A stretch of DNA of 64,000 nucleotides from Helicobacter cetorum (GTDB lineage Bacteria > Campylobacterota > Campylobacteria > Campylobacterales > UBA6016). The notes under the pieces were generated by a model, which had not been told where the DNA came from, did no database searches, and saw only the letters and a list, made by a program, of their open reading frames with translations. Positions 9,852 through 18,926 of the stretch are shown piece by piece. The first letter of the stretch is position 1; the number at the start of each line of letters is the position of its first letter. Where the stretch lies: assembly GCA_022729705.1 (NCBI GenBank), contig DZAX01000003.1, positions 17,214-81,213 on the forward strand, read 5' to 3'. A program made the position numbers and the translations under genes.

Positions 9852-10470
9852 AGAGCGAAAAAGAAAAATCGTAGCCGCTCTCATTCCCCCTCTCGCCAAT
9901 CTGCTAATAAGAGCCATCTATCTAACCTGCAAAAAAGAGTTTAAGCTAGCCCCCTCATACCCCTCAGAGCCTTTTATCATAGCTTTTTGGCACGGAGAGC
10001 TTTTGATGCAGCCGTTTGTTTACAAAAAAATAAGGGGACAACATAAAATATCGGTCATGATAAGCGAACATTTTGACGGCGAAATAATCGCAAAAATCAT
10101 CTCCTATTTTGGCTTTTCAAGCATTAGGGGTTCAAGCTCCAAAGGCGGCGCTAGAGTTCTCATAGAAGCTATCAAAACCTCTAAAAGCGGCGAAGAGATA
10201 GCGATAACCCCCGATGGGCCAAGGGGACCTAGACACTCAGTTGCAGACGGCATAGTCGCTCTCTCGCACAAGACCGGAGCAAAAATAGTCGTTTTTAACT
10301 ACCGCTCAAATAGATGTTGGAGACTCAAAAGCTGGGATAGATTTGTAGTGCCAAAGCCGTTTTCTACGATTAGCTTTTTTGCGGACAAAATACTGGATAT
10401 TTCAAAGCTAAATAGCGAAGAGGCAAAAGAGCTAATATTGGAACAGATGTTGCAAGATGCTGATAGATGA
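9835..10470 (+). CDS. DUF374-type lysophospholipid acyltransferase-like protein
   Basis: [11 protein letters not shown]...[29 protein letters not shown]...[14 protein letters not shown] start overlapping the miaB end. Confidence 0.65.
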   Translation: MGFLSKERKRKIVAALIPPLANLLIRAIYLTCKKEFKLAPSYPSEPFIIAFWHGELLMQPFVYKKIRGQHKISVMISEHFDGEIIAKIISYFGFSSIRGSSSKGGARVLIEAIKTSKSGEEIAITPDGPRGPRHSVADGIVALSHKTGAKIVVFNYRSNRCWRLKSWDRFVVPKPFSTISFFADKILDISKLNSEEAKELILEQMLQDADR

Positions 10471-10575
10471 GGGATACAAGAGGAGTCCAAAACGCTCTAT
10501 GATGTTATATCGCAATAGACATCAAATATCATTGTTGTCCATAAAGACTGCGATAAAAAGAGGTTTTTGGCATTT

Positions 10576-10634
10576 CAGGGGCGATTAGCCCCCGCTACGA
10601 ATACGGGCTTTGCTCGTGTTTGTGCGTAACATCG
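10576..10634 (+). repeat. GC-rich multi-hairpin intergenic repeat, family A
   Basis: CAGGGGCGATTAGCCCCCGCTACGAATACGGGCTTTGCTCGTGTTTGTGCGTAACATCG aligns with 563..632. Confidence 0.7.
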
Positions 10635-10920
10635 ATACGGTGCTAAAACCTTTATATTTGAAGACAAAGAGAAGCCATTAAGCCAAAATTGTCTAAGATA
10701 TAGGATATTTAAAATTTTTGAGCGGGTCGGCGCAAAGGCAGCACCACATCAACTTAGGCGCTCGTTTGCGACGGACTTAATTAATAAAGGGGCGAAAATC
10801 GTGGATGTATCCGAATTATTAGGCCATAAGGAGTTGGCTACTACGCAGATATACACAAAGCCGAATATGAGCAAGAAGCTATTTTCATACTCGCAAGCCC
10901 ACTCTATGTGCAAAGAGTAA
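10630..10920 (+). pseudogene. Tyrosine recombinase (XerC/D/H-like integrase), C-terminal ~95 aa only
   Basis: The frame-1 translation ...AAPHQLRRSFATDLINKGAKIVDVSELLGHKELATTQIYTKPN... carries the catalytic HxxR...LGH...Y region. There is a stop at 10627-29 just upstream and no N-terminal domain. Confidence 0.75.
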
Positions 10921-10923
10921 CCA

Positions 10924-11898
10924 GTGTTTGGGAATATAATAAAAAAATTTGTAAAAACGGCGTTTGTCTCTATCATTAAAGATGGAACTATTTGCGATGT
11001 TTGCCTCAAAGTGTATAAGGGCAAAACAGAGCTAAGCAGCGACACTAAGTGTTTTTCCACAAACACTCCGGAGTCGTCAAAACTTCTATATGACTTTGTA
11101 CTTCGTCAATACGACAAGTATTCGATAGTATATAGTGCCTCAATTATCGATACAATCAATCAAGGCGGCCTGCCCGGTTGTGATAAAAGAAACTTTCACA
11201 GATATAGCGTAGATACGACAAACGCTTCCACAGTCTGTATTGATAGGACTTGGTCTATTTTTGCAAGCAACTATGATATTGAGAATACAAAAAAAGATTA
11301 CGCCGATTTGGGCGGTCTTGATTTTCTATTTTCGCCGATAGTCGTCTTAAAACGGTTTTTTGACGATATGCTTACCTCTGAACCTATGCTTTGTATCCTA
11401 AAGCAAGATACGTCCGCCACTTTGGCGATACTTACAAAAAATAATCTACTATTTAGCGGTTTTGCCGTGCTAGATGCGGCTTCTGAGAATAAAAGCTCCG
11501 GCTCCAAAGACGACGAAAAGATATTTGGCGACGAAGAGGATTTGGATAAAGAGAGCCTAATAGATCTTGACGACCTCGCTTTTGGGCTAAAAAACGACGG
11601 CGATTTCGACCTTGGCGGAACTGATCTGGAAGATGGTTCTAACGCTACAAAAGAGATGGAGTCTTTAAGCGGCGACCTTAGAATATTAGAGTTTGTAAAA
11701 ACATCTTTAGCTGATTTTTATAAAAACGAGATGTACGAATCTACGTTTATCGAGAAAATAGCTATCGCCGACCTATACTTTGACTCGCCAGAGCTAAAAA
11801 ATCTGCTTGAGAAAAAACTTATGATGAACGTTACGCATAAAAAAATAGAGCTTAGCAAAATTACAGCCACGCTAGCCGCAGAAGAGGTTTTGTTTTGA
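10924..11898 (+). CDS. Hypothetical protein with an acidic linker, first gene of a PilM/N/O-like trio (weak)
   Basis: 324-aa ORF with a GTG start, translationally coupled to the next two genes. The PilM-like role is inferred only from position. Confidence 0.4.
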   Translation: MFGNIIKKFVKTAFVSIIKDGTICDVCLKVYKGKTELSSDTKCFSTNTPESSKLLYDFVLRQYDKYSIVYSASIIDTINQGGLPGCDKRNFHRYSVDTTNASTVCIDRTWSIFASNYDIENTKKDYADLGGLDFLFSPIVVLKRFFDDMLTSEPMLCILKQDTSATLAILTKNNLLFSGFAVLDAASENKSSGSKDDEKIFGDEEDLDKESLIDLDDLAFGLKNDGDFDLGGTDLEDGSNATKEMESLSGDLRILEFVKTSLADFYKNEMYESTFIEKIAIADLYFDSPELKNLLEKKLMMNVTHKKIELSKITATLAAEEVLF

Positions 11899-12422
11899 AA
11901 ACAAGTTTTATAAAACCTAGACAAAAAAGTGTTTTTAGGCGTGATACTGAGTTTTGGCTTTGGTTTATCGGTATTGCGATAGGTGTTTTAATAGCCCTTT
12001 TTACGGCGTTACAGCTTGAACTTTTCAACGTAAGGCACGACATAGAAAAAGCGATGCAAGATAAAAAGTTTTTGGGTTCCGAGACAGAGAAACTAAAAGC
12101 GGAGTATGAGAAGCTAAAAAAAGAGCTAATGCTTTCACAAGAGTTTAAGACTTCGAATGTTGTTTTAAAAGATAACCTGACGAACCTTTTTACAATTATA
12201 CCAGACGAGGTAACGCTAGATAAGATAGAGATAGCAAACGACTCTCTCGTTTTATACGGAACATCACCGTCAAAAGAGCTTTACAATCTACATCTAACGC
12301 CAGCTTTAAAGTCGATATTCACAACAAGTGAGACCTCTTTTTCCAGCATTGAGGGCAAAGGCGTTAGGTTTATGTCGATAAACAAACTTGAAATTAAAGA
12401 GACTGAAAATGCAGGAGAATAA
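11895..12422 (+). CDS. PilN-like bitopic membrane protein
   Basis: Short basic N-terminus, single TM (FWLWFIGIAIGVLIALFTAL), a coiled-coil, then a ...IPDEVTLDKIEIANDSLVLYGTSPS... pattern typical of PilN/GspL-C. Confidence 0.45.
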   Translation: MKTSFIKPRQKSVFRRDTEFWLWFIGIAIGVLIALFTALQLELFNVRHDIEKAMQDKKFLGSETEKLKAEYEKLKKELMLSQEFKTSNVVLKDNLTNLFTIIPDEVTLDKIEIANDSLVLYGTSPSKELYNLHLTPALKSIFTTSETSFSSIEGKGVRFMSINKLEIKETENAGE

Positions 12423-12948
12423 GAAATTTGATATTGCAAAAGCGATAGGCTTTTTACTGTTTTTTGTAGCTATGTGTGTCTTCTCTTTTACTGTTTTACT
12501 TATACCTGGCATCAGAGAGTATAGGCAACAAAACGGCGTTTATAAAATAGAATACTCTCTTTATCTAAAAGCAAAAGAGTTGTTTGACGCTGAAAACGCT
12601 AGAATGGCGTCGCTACAAAAAACAAATGCTAGAATTATCACAGCTCTAGGCAAAGCGACAAACGAAGGCACTCTGTCTACTCTTGCCAACGGATATTTCA
12701 AAAAAGTAAATATACAAAAAATTGGTGCCGCACAAAAAGAGGGTGGTTTTATCTATGACGACTACAATGTAACCGCATCTTTTGACACCTCAAAAAATAT
12801 GTTTGCATTTTTAAAAGCGGTTGAAGAAGACAACGCCGTTTTGCAAGTTAAAACGCCGCTAACAATAGAGGGTGGAGCCGATGGGCTTGTCTCAAGCTTT
12901 ATACTTAGAGCGTATCACGCCGGTTCGTCAAAAGCCGCCGCTAAATAG
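12409..12948 (+). CDS. PilO-like bitopic membrane protein
   Basis: Start chosen at MQENKK. Single TM (IGFLLFFVAMCVFSFTVLLIP) followed by a coiled-coil and an alpha/beta C-terminus. Confidence 0.4.
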   Translation: MQENKKFDIAKAIGFLLFFVAMCVFSFTVLLIPGIREYRQQNGVYKIEYSLYLKAKELFDAENARMASLQKTNARIITALGKATNEGTLSTLANGYFKKVNIQKIGAAQKEGGFIYDDYNVTASFDTSKNMFAFLKAVEEDNAVLQVKTPLTIEGGADGLVSSFILRAYHAGSSKAAAK

Positions 12949-13963
12949 GGTTTTGTAAAGCCGCTAGCTCTATTGCGATCTCTTTTGGTTTTATGCCGGC
13001 AAGAGAGAGGTATCCCCTAACTTTTGGCGGTATTTTTGCCGCCCTGCACTCCTCTTTAAATCTTTTTTCCATTACATTTTTAGCGTAGAGAGATACAAAA
13101 ATAACTCCGTTTTCATTTTTTGAGACACAAAAAGAGCCGCCCACAACGGCATCATAGTTTTTGCCTATCTCTTTTCTTTGGGCGGTTGAGGGCAGATACC
13201 CTATCTTTTTTAGAGCTAACGCTATATTTGATACATCTATCGTCTGCGACACGGAGCGAAAAGTTATCAGAGAGTCTCTTTGAAAAAATGAAACATCAAA
13301 TAAAGCCGCCTCTTCTTCTAAAATATCAAAACTACTTCTTACTCCATCCTTATATGCATCCACAAAAGGGGTTGCAAACTCCCGTCTTATGCCGTTTCGC
13401 TCATATTTTACGTCGCTGTTGCTCTCATCCTCAAAATACTTTAGCCCATTGTTTTGAAGATAGTCGTATAGCTCTTTTTTTGTTGTCTTTAAAAGCGGCT
13501 TAACAAGCAGATACCCGTCTCTTTTTTGCACTCCTCCGCCGCCGACGAGCTCTCTTATTCCAGCCCCCCTAGCAAGCCTCATCAAAAACCATTCTAAGCG
13601 GTCGTTTAGCTGATGGGCTGTTATGAGAGCGTCAAACCCCTCGTCTTTTATAAGCCTCTCAAAAAATTCATACCGAATACGCCTAGCCTCCGCCTCAAAG
13701 TTTTTTGTCGGCGGTGATACGCTAAGAGTAAAACATCTTTTAGCACGAGCCAATGAGAGCTCTTTTGCATACGCCTCTTCGACTTTTGAGGAGTCTCTTG
13801 TATTGTAGTTTACCAGCGCAATATCAAACTCCACGCCCGCCTCTTCAAGCAAAAAAAAGAGAGCGGTAGAATCCACTCCGCCGGAAAAAGCGAGCAGATT
13901 TTTTTTCCCCCTTAGCGCATTAATAGCCTCTGCGTCAAGCAGGCTCATCGATTCTAGCGACAA
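12941..13963 (-). CDS. tilS: tRNA(Ile)-lysidine synthase
   Basis: PP-loop LLAFSGGVDSTALFFLL, AHQLNDRLEWFLMRLARGAG. Confidence 0.85.
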   Translation of the reverse strand: MSLESMSLLDAEAINALRGKKNLLAFSGGVDSTALFFLLEEAGVEFDIALVNYNTRDSSKVEEAYAKELSLARAKRCFTLSVSPPTKNFEAEARRIRYEFFERLIKDEGFDALITAHQLNDRLEWFLMRLARGAGIRELVGGGGVQKRDGYLLVKPLLKTTKKELYDYLQNNGLKYFEDESNSDVKYERNGIRREFATPFVDAYKDGVRSSFDILEEEAALFDVSFFQRDSLITFRSVSQTIDVSNIALALKKIGYLPSTAQRKEIGKNYDAVVGGSFCVSKNENGVIFVSLYAKNVMEKRFKEECRAAKIPPKVRGYLSLAGIKPKEIAIELAALQNPI

Positions 13964-15248
13964 CTCTATCCTTAGCGGCTCCTGTAGCCGTCATCTTAAA
14001 CAAAACGCCTATTTGTGGATTTTCCACCTCGCTCTCGTTTATCAGCAATTCTCCGTCAATCTCGGGAGCCCAAATCTTCTTTTTGCCTTTAAGCAAAAAT
14101 TCATGCTCGTCGCTTACCCCCTCAAGCACCGCTTCAAAGCTCTTGCCCACGTTCTCTTTCGCTTTTTCTACCGCTTTTTTATCTATGACCTTTTTTAGCG
14201 CCTTTAGTCTTTTGGTTATTATTTTTTTATTTACTTTGTCTGTCATCTCATAAGCGTCGGTACCCTCCTCATTGGAGTATTCAAAGACGCTTATCCCATC
14301 AAAATCAAACTCCTCCATAAAGGAAAGCGCCTCCTCAAAATCCTCGTCGCTCTCACCCGGATGCCCTACGATAATGGAAGTCCTCACATAACTTTGAGGC
14401 GCAGCTCTCATTTTCTCCAAAAGCTCTATTGTTTTTGCCTTACCCGCTCCGCGCTTCATAATGTGCAACATCTTGTCGCTAATGTGTTGCACCGGCATAT
14501 CAAAGTAGTTTACAAACCTTTTTGAGGCTACGATAGTATCTATCAGCTCGTCATCCACGGTGGATGGATAAAGATACAAAACTCTCGCATAAAAATCGCC
14601 GTCCATCGCGTCTATTTTTTTGATTAGTTCCGTAAGTCCATTTTTCACGCCGCTATCTCTTTTGTATGAGGAGCTGTCTTGCGCCACAATACTAAAATCA
14701 AAATACCCTTTTTTGTTTAGCGCCGCTATCTCTTTTACGATAGACTCCTCGTTTCGCGAAAAAAGCTTTCCTTTAAAAGACGGTATGGCGCAAAAACTGC
14801 ACACCTGATTGCACCCTTCGCTTATTTTGATATAGGCGTGATAGTTTGAATTGATAACCACCCTGTCCTCTTGGTCGATGAGAAAAGTCCCCTCCGTAAA
14901 CTTCGCCTCTCCGCCCTCAATTAGCTCGTCTATGCGCGAATAATCCGCCACTCCGGTAAAAATATCCACCTCTGTAAGCTCTTTTTGAAGCTCCTCTTTG
15001 TATCTCTCAGACAGGCACCCCGCCATGACAAGCTTTGAGCCCTCTTTGCGCCCGCCGTGAAGAGCCAAAAGAGTATTGATACTCTCCTGCTTTGCCGCGT
15101 CTATAAAGCCGCAAGTATTGACGATAATCGCATCCGCCTCGCTTGAGTCGTCCGTCATCTCATACTTTTGCAACCTGCCTAGCATTACCTCACTATCGAC
15201 TTGGTTTTTTGAGCATCCAAGGCTCACCATAAAAAGTTTTTTTTTCAT
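13935..15248 (-). CDS. rimO: Ribosomal protein S12 methylthiotransferase RimO
   Basis: MVSLGCSKNQVDSE N-terminus, radical-SAM CNQVCSFCAIP, 437 aa with a C-terminal TRAM. Confidence 0.85.
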   Translation of the reverse strand: MKKKLFMVSLGCSKNQVDSEVMLGRLQKYEMTDDSSEADAIIVNTCGFIDAAKQESINTLLALHGGRKEGSKLVMAGCLSERYKEELQKELTEVDIFTGVADYSRIDELIEGGEAKFTEGTFLIDQEDRVVINSNYHAYIKISEGCNQVCSFCAIPSFKGKLFSRNEESIVKEIAALNKKGYFDFSIVAQDSSSYKRDSGVKNGLTELIKKIDAMDGDFYARVLYLYPSTVDDELIDTIVASKRFVNYFDMPVQHISDKMLHIMKRGAGKAKTIELLEKMRAAPQSYVRTSIIVGHPGESDEDFEEALSFMEEFDFDGISVFEYSNEEGTDAYEMTDKVNKKIITKRLKALKKVIDKKAVEKAKENVGKSFEAVLEGVSDEHEFLLKGKKKIWAPEIDGELLINESEVENPQIGVLFKMTATGAAKDRVVARIDEPA

Positions 15249-15270
15249 CTTAGATCCAACACATTAAAAT

Positions 15271-15342
15271 ACGCAAGACGGGCAAAGCCCGCCTTACTAC
15301 GCTGAGCGCCGAGCTACTGAAGCTAGCCGCCGAAGGCGACAG
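15271..15342 (-). repeat. GC-rich multi-hairpin intergenic repeat, family B
   Basis: The reverse complement ...CGGCGGCTAGCTTCAGTAGCTCGGCGCTCAGCGTAGTAAGGCGGGCTTTGCCCGTCTTGCG aligns with 37256..37328 and 56740..56813. Confidence 0.75.
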
Positions 15343-15369
15343 ATGGAGACTCTTGTTATTCTACAACGC

Positions 15370-16191
15370 CTAAATCCATATATTGTCAATAAGTCGTGTA
15401 GTTCCGACTTTTGCAGCCACCAAAATAATAGAGTTTTTAAGCTCCACACTCTCAATGGCGTTTAGCTCTCGGTCACAAAAAGCTATATACTCCACTTCAA
15501 CACCGCAAAGCTCCTCTCTCATTTTCGTCTCCAAAGCCGTGCGCTTAGTCTCGCCCTTGCCTATCAGCGCCCCCACCGCAAACAGCGATTTTGAAATAGA
15601 CAAAGCCGCTTTTTTTTGCGCCTCGTCCAAATATGTATTTCTACTACTCATCGCAAGCCCGTCTTTTTGGCGCACAGTATGGCAGTCGATAATCTCCACA
15701 TTCATAAAGTATCTATTCGCCATTTGCCGTATCAAAATCAGCTGTTGCGCATCTTTTCGCCCAAAATACGCCCTCGTCGCACAGGATATATTAAGAAGTT
15801 TCATAACCACCGTCAATACACCGTCATAATGCCCAGGACGGATAAACCCCTCAAGAGTATATCCCCTTATAGGCGGCGCCTTGATTATCGGCTCATCATT
15901 TTTGTATATCTCATCTATTGTTGGCAAAAAAAGCGCATCTACCCCAGCTAGTTTACACAACTTAATATCAGCTTCCAGTCGTCTTGGATATTTACCCAAA
16001 TCTTCATTCGCCAAAAACTGCGCCGGATTTACAAAAATAGATACAACGCAAAAATCGTTTTCACTTTTCGCTCTTTTTACAAGCGAGATGTGCCCGTCGT
16101 GCAAAGCCCCCATAGTCGGCGCAAAGCCGATGGAGCCGCCTAAGTTTTTGGTGTAGTTTTTGAATTGCTCGGCAGTGTCAAAAATTTTCAA
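15370..16191 (-). CDS. panC: Pantoate--beta-alanine ligase
   Basis: [17 protein letters not shown] and FVNPAQF motifs, 273 aa. Confidence 0.9.
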   Translation of the reverse strand: MKIFDTAEQFKNYTKNLGGSIGFAPTMGALHDGHISLVKRAKSENDFCVVSIFVNPAQFLANEDLGKYPRRLEADIKLCKLAGVDALFLPTIDEIYKNDEPIIKAPPIRGYTLEGFIRPGHYDGVLTVVMKLLNISCATRAYFGRKDAQQLILIRQMANRYFMNVEIIDCHTVRQKDGLAMSSRNTYLDEAQKKAALSISKSLFAVGALIGKGETKRTALETKMREELCGVEVEYIAFCDRELNAIESVELKNSIILVAAKVGTTRLIDNIWI

Positions 16192-16271
16192 TTTAAAGCC
16201 TTGTTTTCCTATAATCGGCGATTAAGACGCCATAAAAAGACTAGATTATACAATAAAATTAAGGAAATATT

Positions 16272-17366
16272 TTGGACGCATACGAATACTCCGAACTAAT
16301 AAAAACACTAGATTCAAAAATGTCAAATATCGTAGCTTTGATAAAACCAGACAACGTAAGCGCAAAGCTACGAGAGATTGAAGAGATGGAAAAAGAGGAG
16401 TCTTTTTGGCTAGACGCCGCAAAATCCTCTGAGATACAAAGACAAAAATCAAAACTAAGCTCTCTTTTTACCAAATATCAAGCCGTTAGAAACGCTCTAA
16501 CAGACTCAAAAGAGCTATTTGAAATATCCAACTCCGAAAACGATACGGACACCGCCGAAGCTCTTTTTGCCGAAGCCCCTGAGCTTGAACGCAAAATCAA
16601 AAAGATGGAGATAGAGGTGATGCTAAGCGGCGAGAACGACGGCAGAAACGCCATAGTCTCCATTCATCCCGGCGCAGGCGGCACAGAGTCAAACGATTGG
16701 GCTTCAATGCTTTATCGTATGTATATCAGATGGGCGGAGCGAAAAGGTTTTAAAGCTGAGATTATGGACTATCAAGAGGGCGAAGAAGCGGGAATCAAAG
16801 ACGCTACGGTGCTAATCAGCGGCGAAAACGCATACGGCTACCTAAAAGCCGAAAACGGTATTCATAGGCTTGTGCGCATATCTCCATACGATTCAAACGC
16901 AAGAAGACACACATCCTTTAGCTCGGTGCTAGTCTCTCCTGAAATAGACGACGATATAGCGATAGACATCGACGAAAAAGATATAAGAATAGACTACTAC
17001 AGAGCCTCTGGTGCGGGCGGTCAACACGTCAACAAAACAGACTCAGCCGTGCGAATCACACACGTTCCGACAAATATTGTAGTTCAGTGTCAAAACGATA
17101 GAAGCCAACACAAAAACAAAGACAAAGCGTTTAAGATGTTAAAATCAAGGCTATACGAGTTTGAACTAGAAAAAAGAGAAGCGGAACTAGCCGGAGTAGA
17201 AAAAAGTAATATCGGCTGGGGAAGTCAGATAAGAAGCTACGTCTTAGCCCCGTATCAGCAAGTCAAGGACACAAGAAGCGAACAAGCCTACTCAAACGTC
17301 TTTGAGATACTAGACGGCGCACTTGACGACGTCGTGGAAGATGTGTTGGTGGCGCTTAGGAGGTAA
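16272..17366 (+). CDS. prfB: Peptide chain release factor 2 (single uninterrupted frame)
   Basis: GGQ motif ([19 protein letters not shown]), RRHTSFSSV, 364 aa. TTG start after AAGGA. No internal frameshift site is needed. Confidence 0.9.
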   Translation: MDAYEYSELIKTLDSKMSNIVALIKPDNVSAKLREIEEMEKEESFWLDAAKSSEIQRQKSKLSSLFTKYQAVRNALTDSKELFEISNSENDTDTAEALFAEAPELERKIKKMEIEVMLSGENDGRNAIVSIHPGAGGTESNDWASMLYRMYIRWAERKGFKAEIMDYQEGEEAGIKDATVLISGENAYGYLKAENGIHRLVRISPYDSNARRHTSFSSVLVSPEIDDDIAIDIDEKDIRIDYYRASGAGGQHVNKTDSAVRITHVPTNIVVQCQNDRSQHKNKDKAFKMLKSRLYEFELEKREAELAGVEKSNIGWGSQIRSYVLAPYQQVKDTRSEQAYSNVFEILDGALDDVVEDVLVALRR

Positions 17367-17370
17367 AAGC

Positions 17371-18135
17371 ATGAGATTGTCTTTGTTTGAGATAGAAACT
17401 ATTTTGAAAGCGAAAAATAGCGTTTTTGGTAAGGAGTCAAAGATTTATCTATTTGGTAGTCGCACGGATGACTCAAAAAAAGGCGGAGATATAGATTTAT
17501 ATGTACAAACAGGCACTTGCGACTCTTTGCTCGATAAAAAATTTGAGTTTCTATCCTTAATAGAGCAAGCGCTTGGCGAACAAAAAATAGACGTTGTTTT
17601 TGATGAAAATAAAAATAGAGCGATAGACATAGAGGCAAAAACCAATGGAATTGAGCTAAATATTGACGCCATAAAACTCCAAAAATATTTTGACGAATGC
17701 GACAAACATCTACAAAGAATCAAAGAGGCGTACGGCGATATAGAACGCATTTTGCCAATATCAACAGAAAAATATCAACAGCTAGGCAAAGATGACGTAC
17801 AAGCGATTGATCAATATCTATTCAGATTTGCAAAGCTTCAAGATACTTTGGGCGATAAAATTTTTAGAGTGCTAATCCGGCAATACGAAGACAACGGCGA
17901 TACGCTATCCTTCATAGACGTTTTAAATAGATTGGAAAAAATAGGCTTTATAAGCAGTGCAAAAGAGTGGAGCGCCCTTAGACAAATTAGAAACGAAATA
18001 TCCCATCAATACGACGACGAACCAGACGGAATGTCGCAAGCCATCAACCAAATCATAAATCAAAAAAGCGTAATAGAGGAGATATACCTAAAGGTAAAAA
18101 ATAAATATCAAGACTCTTTTCGCCAGCGACACTAG
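17371..18135 (+). CDS. Single-chain fusion of a minimal nucleotidyltransferase (MNT) domain and a HEPN domain
   Basis: The ATG at 17371 follows an AGGAGG RBS. The N-terminus has the LFGSRTDDSKKGGDIDLYV (GS...DxD) NTase motif. The C-terminus has ALRQIRNEISHQY, the HEPN Rx4H motif. Confidence 0.7.
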   Translation: MRLSLFEIETILKAKNSVFGKESKIYLFGSRTDDSKKGGDIDLYVQTGTCDSLLDKKFEFLSLIEQALGEQKIDVVFDENKNRAIDIEAKTNGIELNIDAIKLQKYFDECDKHLQRIKEAYGDIERILPISTEKYQQLGKDDVQAIDQYLFRFAKLQDTLGDKIFRVLIRQYEDNGDTLSFIDVLNRLEKIGFISSAKEWSALRQIRNEISHQYDDEPDGMSQAINQIINQKSVIEEIYLKVKNKYQDSFRQRH

Positions 18136-18137
18136 CG

Positions 18138-18304
18138 GATTTGATACATCAGGAGCAAATGGAACCGGAGTGTAACAAAGTCGCCCCCTTGGCAGACAAA
18201 TTGAATCCTCTGATTAAACATGAATTTGCAAGAGCCGTTTACTGAAGACATCATTTTGGGCTTTGTTCAAAATGTGAGAATTAATTAGAGGGTTCAATCA
18301 TCAG
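18138..18304 (-). repeat. Dispersed repeat family C, longest copy
   Basis: The reverse complement CTGATGATTGAACCC...TCTCACATTTTGAACAAAGCCCAAAATGATGTCTTCAGTAAACGGCTCTTGC... aligns with 52585..52645 and 3945..4079. Confidence 0.65.
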
Positions 18305-18330
18305 TTCCGCAAATTGAGACTCCGTCCCCT

Positions 18331-18567
18331 CTAGCGCATGAAATGAATCAAGCAGTACAGCATCCATAAAAGATAGCCCCGTCGTGGCGAAATACCCAAG
18401 CTAGGAGAGTCTTGACCCTCGTATCCGTCCAACTCTCCTTGCGAATCGGCATTGTGCTGGAGACTACGTTTTGCGCTTTTTTTGCCGTAGTTAAAGATAT
18501 ATTTTTGACTTTCTTCGCTTAGCGCTCCAACGTTGGAGTTGTTGATAAAAACATTAAGCTCTCTCAT
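18331..18567 (-). pseudogene. hipA: HipA-like kinase toxin, N-terminal stub
   Basis: MRELNVFINNSNVGALSEESQKYIFNYGKK matches the HipA N-terminal coupling domain. The remaining ~45 aa look out of family and the kinase core is absent. Confidence 0.55.
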
Positions 18568-18809
18568 CTATTTTGCCTATTCAGCTCATCTAGCGTGGGC
18601 GGGCGACCTTTTGGGCGAATGTCAAGCTCATAACCCAAAATATCCAAAAGTCGCGCGACCTTATAAATCCCAACATCCGCCGCAAAGCCATTTTCAACGG
18701 TTGCAATGGTGCGCATCGAAATAGCAGACAAGACGGAGAGCTCTTTTTGTGTGAGCTTTTTTTCTTTTCGTTTGGACTTAATTGCAATGCTAAGCTCTGA
18801 GAGTTCCAT
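18564..18809 (-). CDS. hipB: XRE/HipB-like HTH antitoxin
   Basis: KSKRKEKKLTQKELSVLSAISMRTIATVENG is an HTH_XRE pattern. It overlaps the hipA stub by 4 nt. Confidence 0.65.
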   Translation of the reverse strand: MELSELSIAIKSKRKEKKLTQKELSVLSAISMRTIATVENGFAADVGIYKVARLLDILGYELDIRPKGRPPTLDELNRQNR

Positions 18810-18926
18810 GAGTAGCTCATTTGTGTAATATTTTGCAGATTATAGCACTATTGTTAGTAAATATGCAATATTTTGCTTATTTTAAAACTCCTTAAACGCC
18901 TCCTTATAAGCACAAAACTAGCGTCT

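Noticed and set aside
16272-17366. Looked for the canonical programmed +1 frameshift (CTT TGA C after an internal SD) in prfB.
   Set aside because: The RF2 reading frame is continuous from the TTG start, and no in-frame TGA occurs near codon 25. No recoding is needed.
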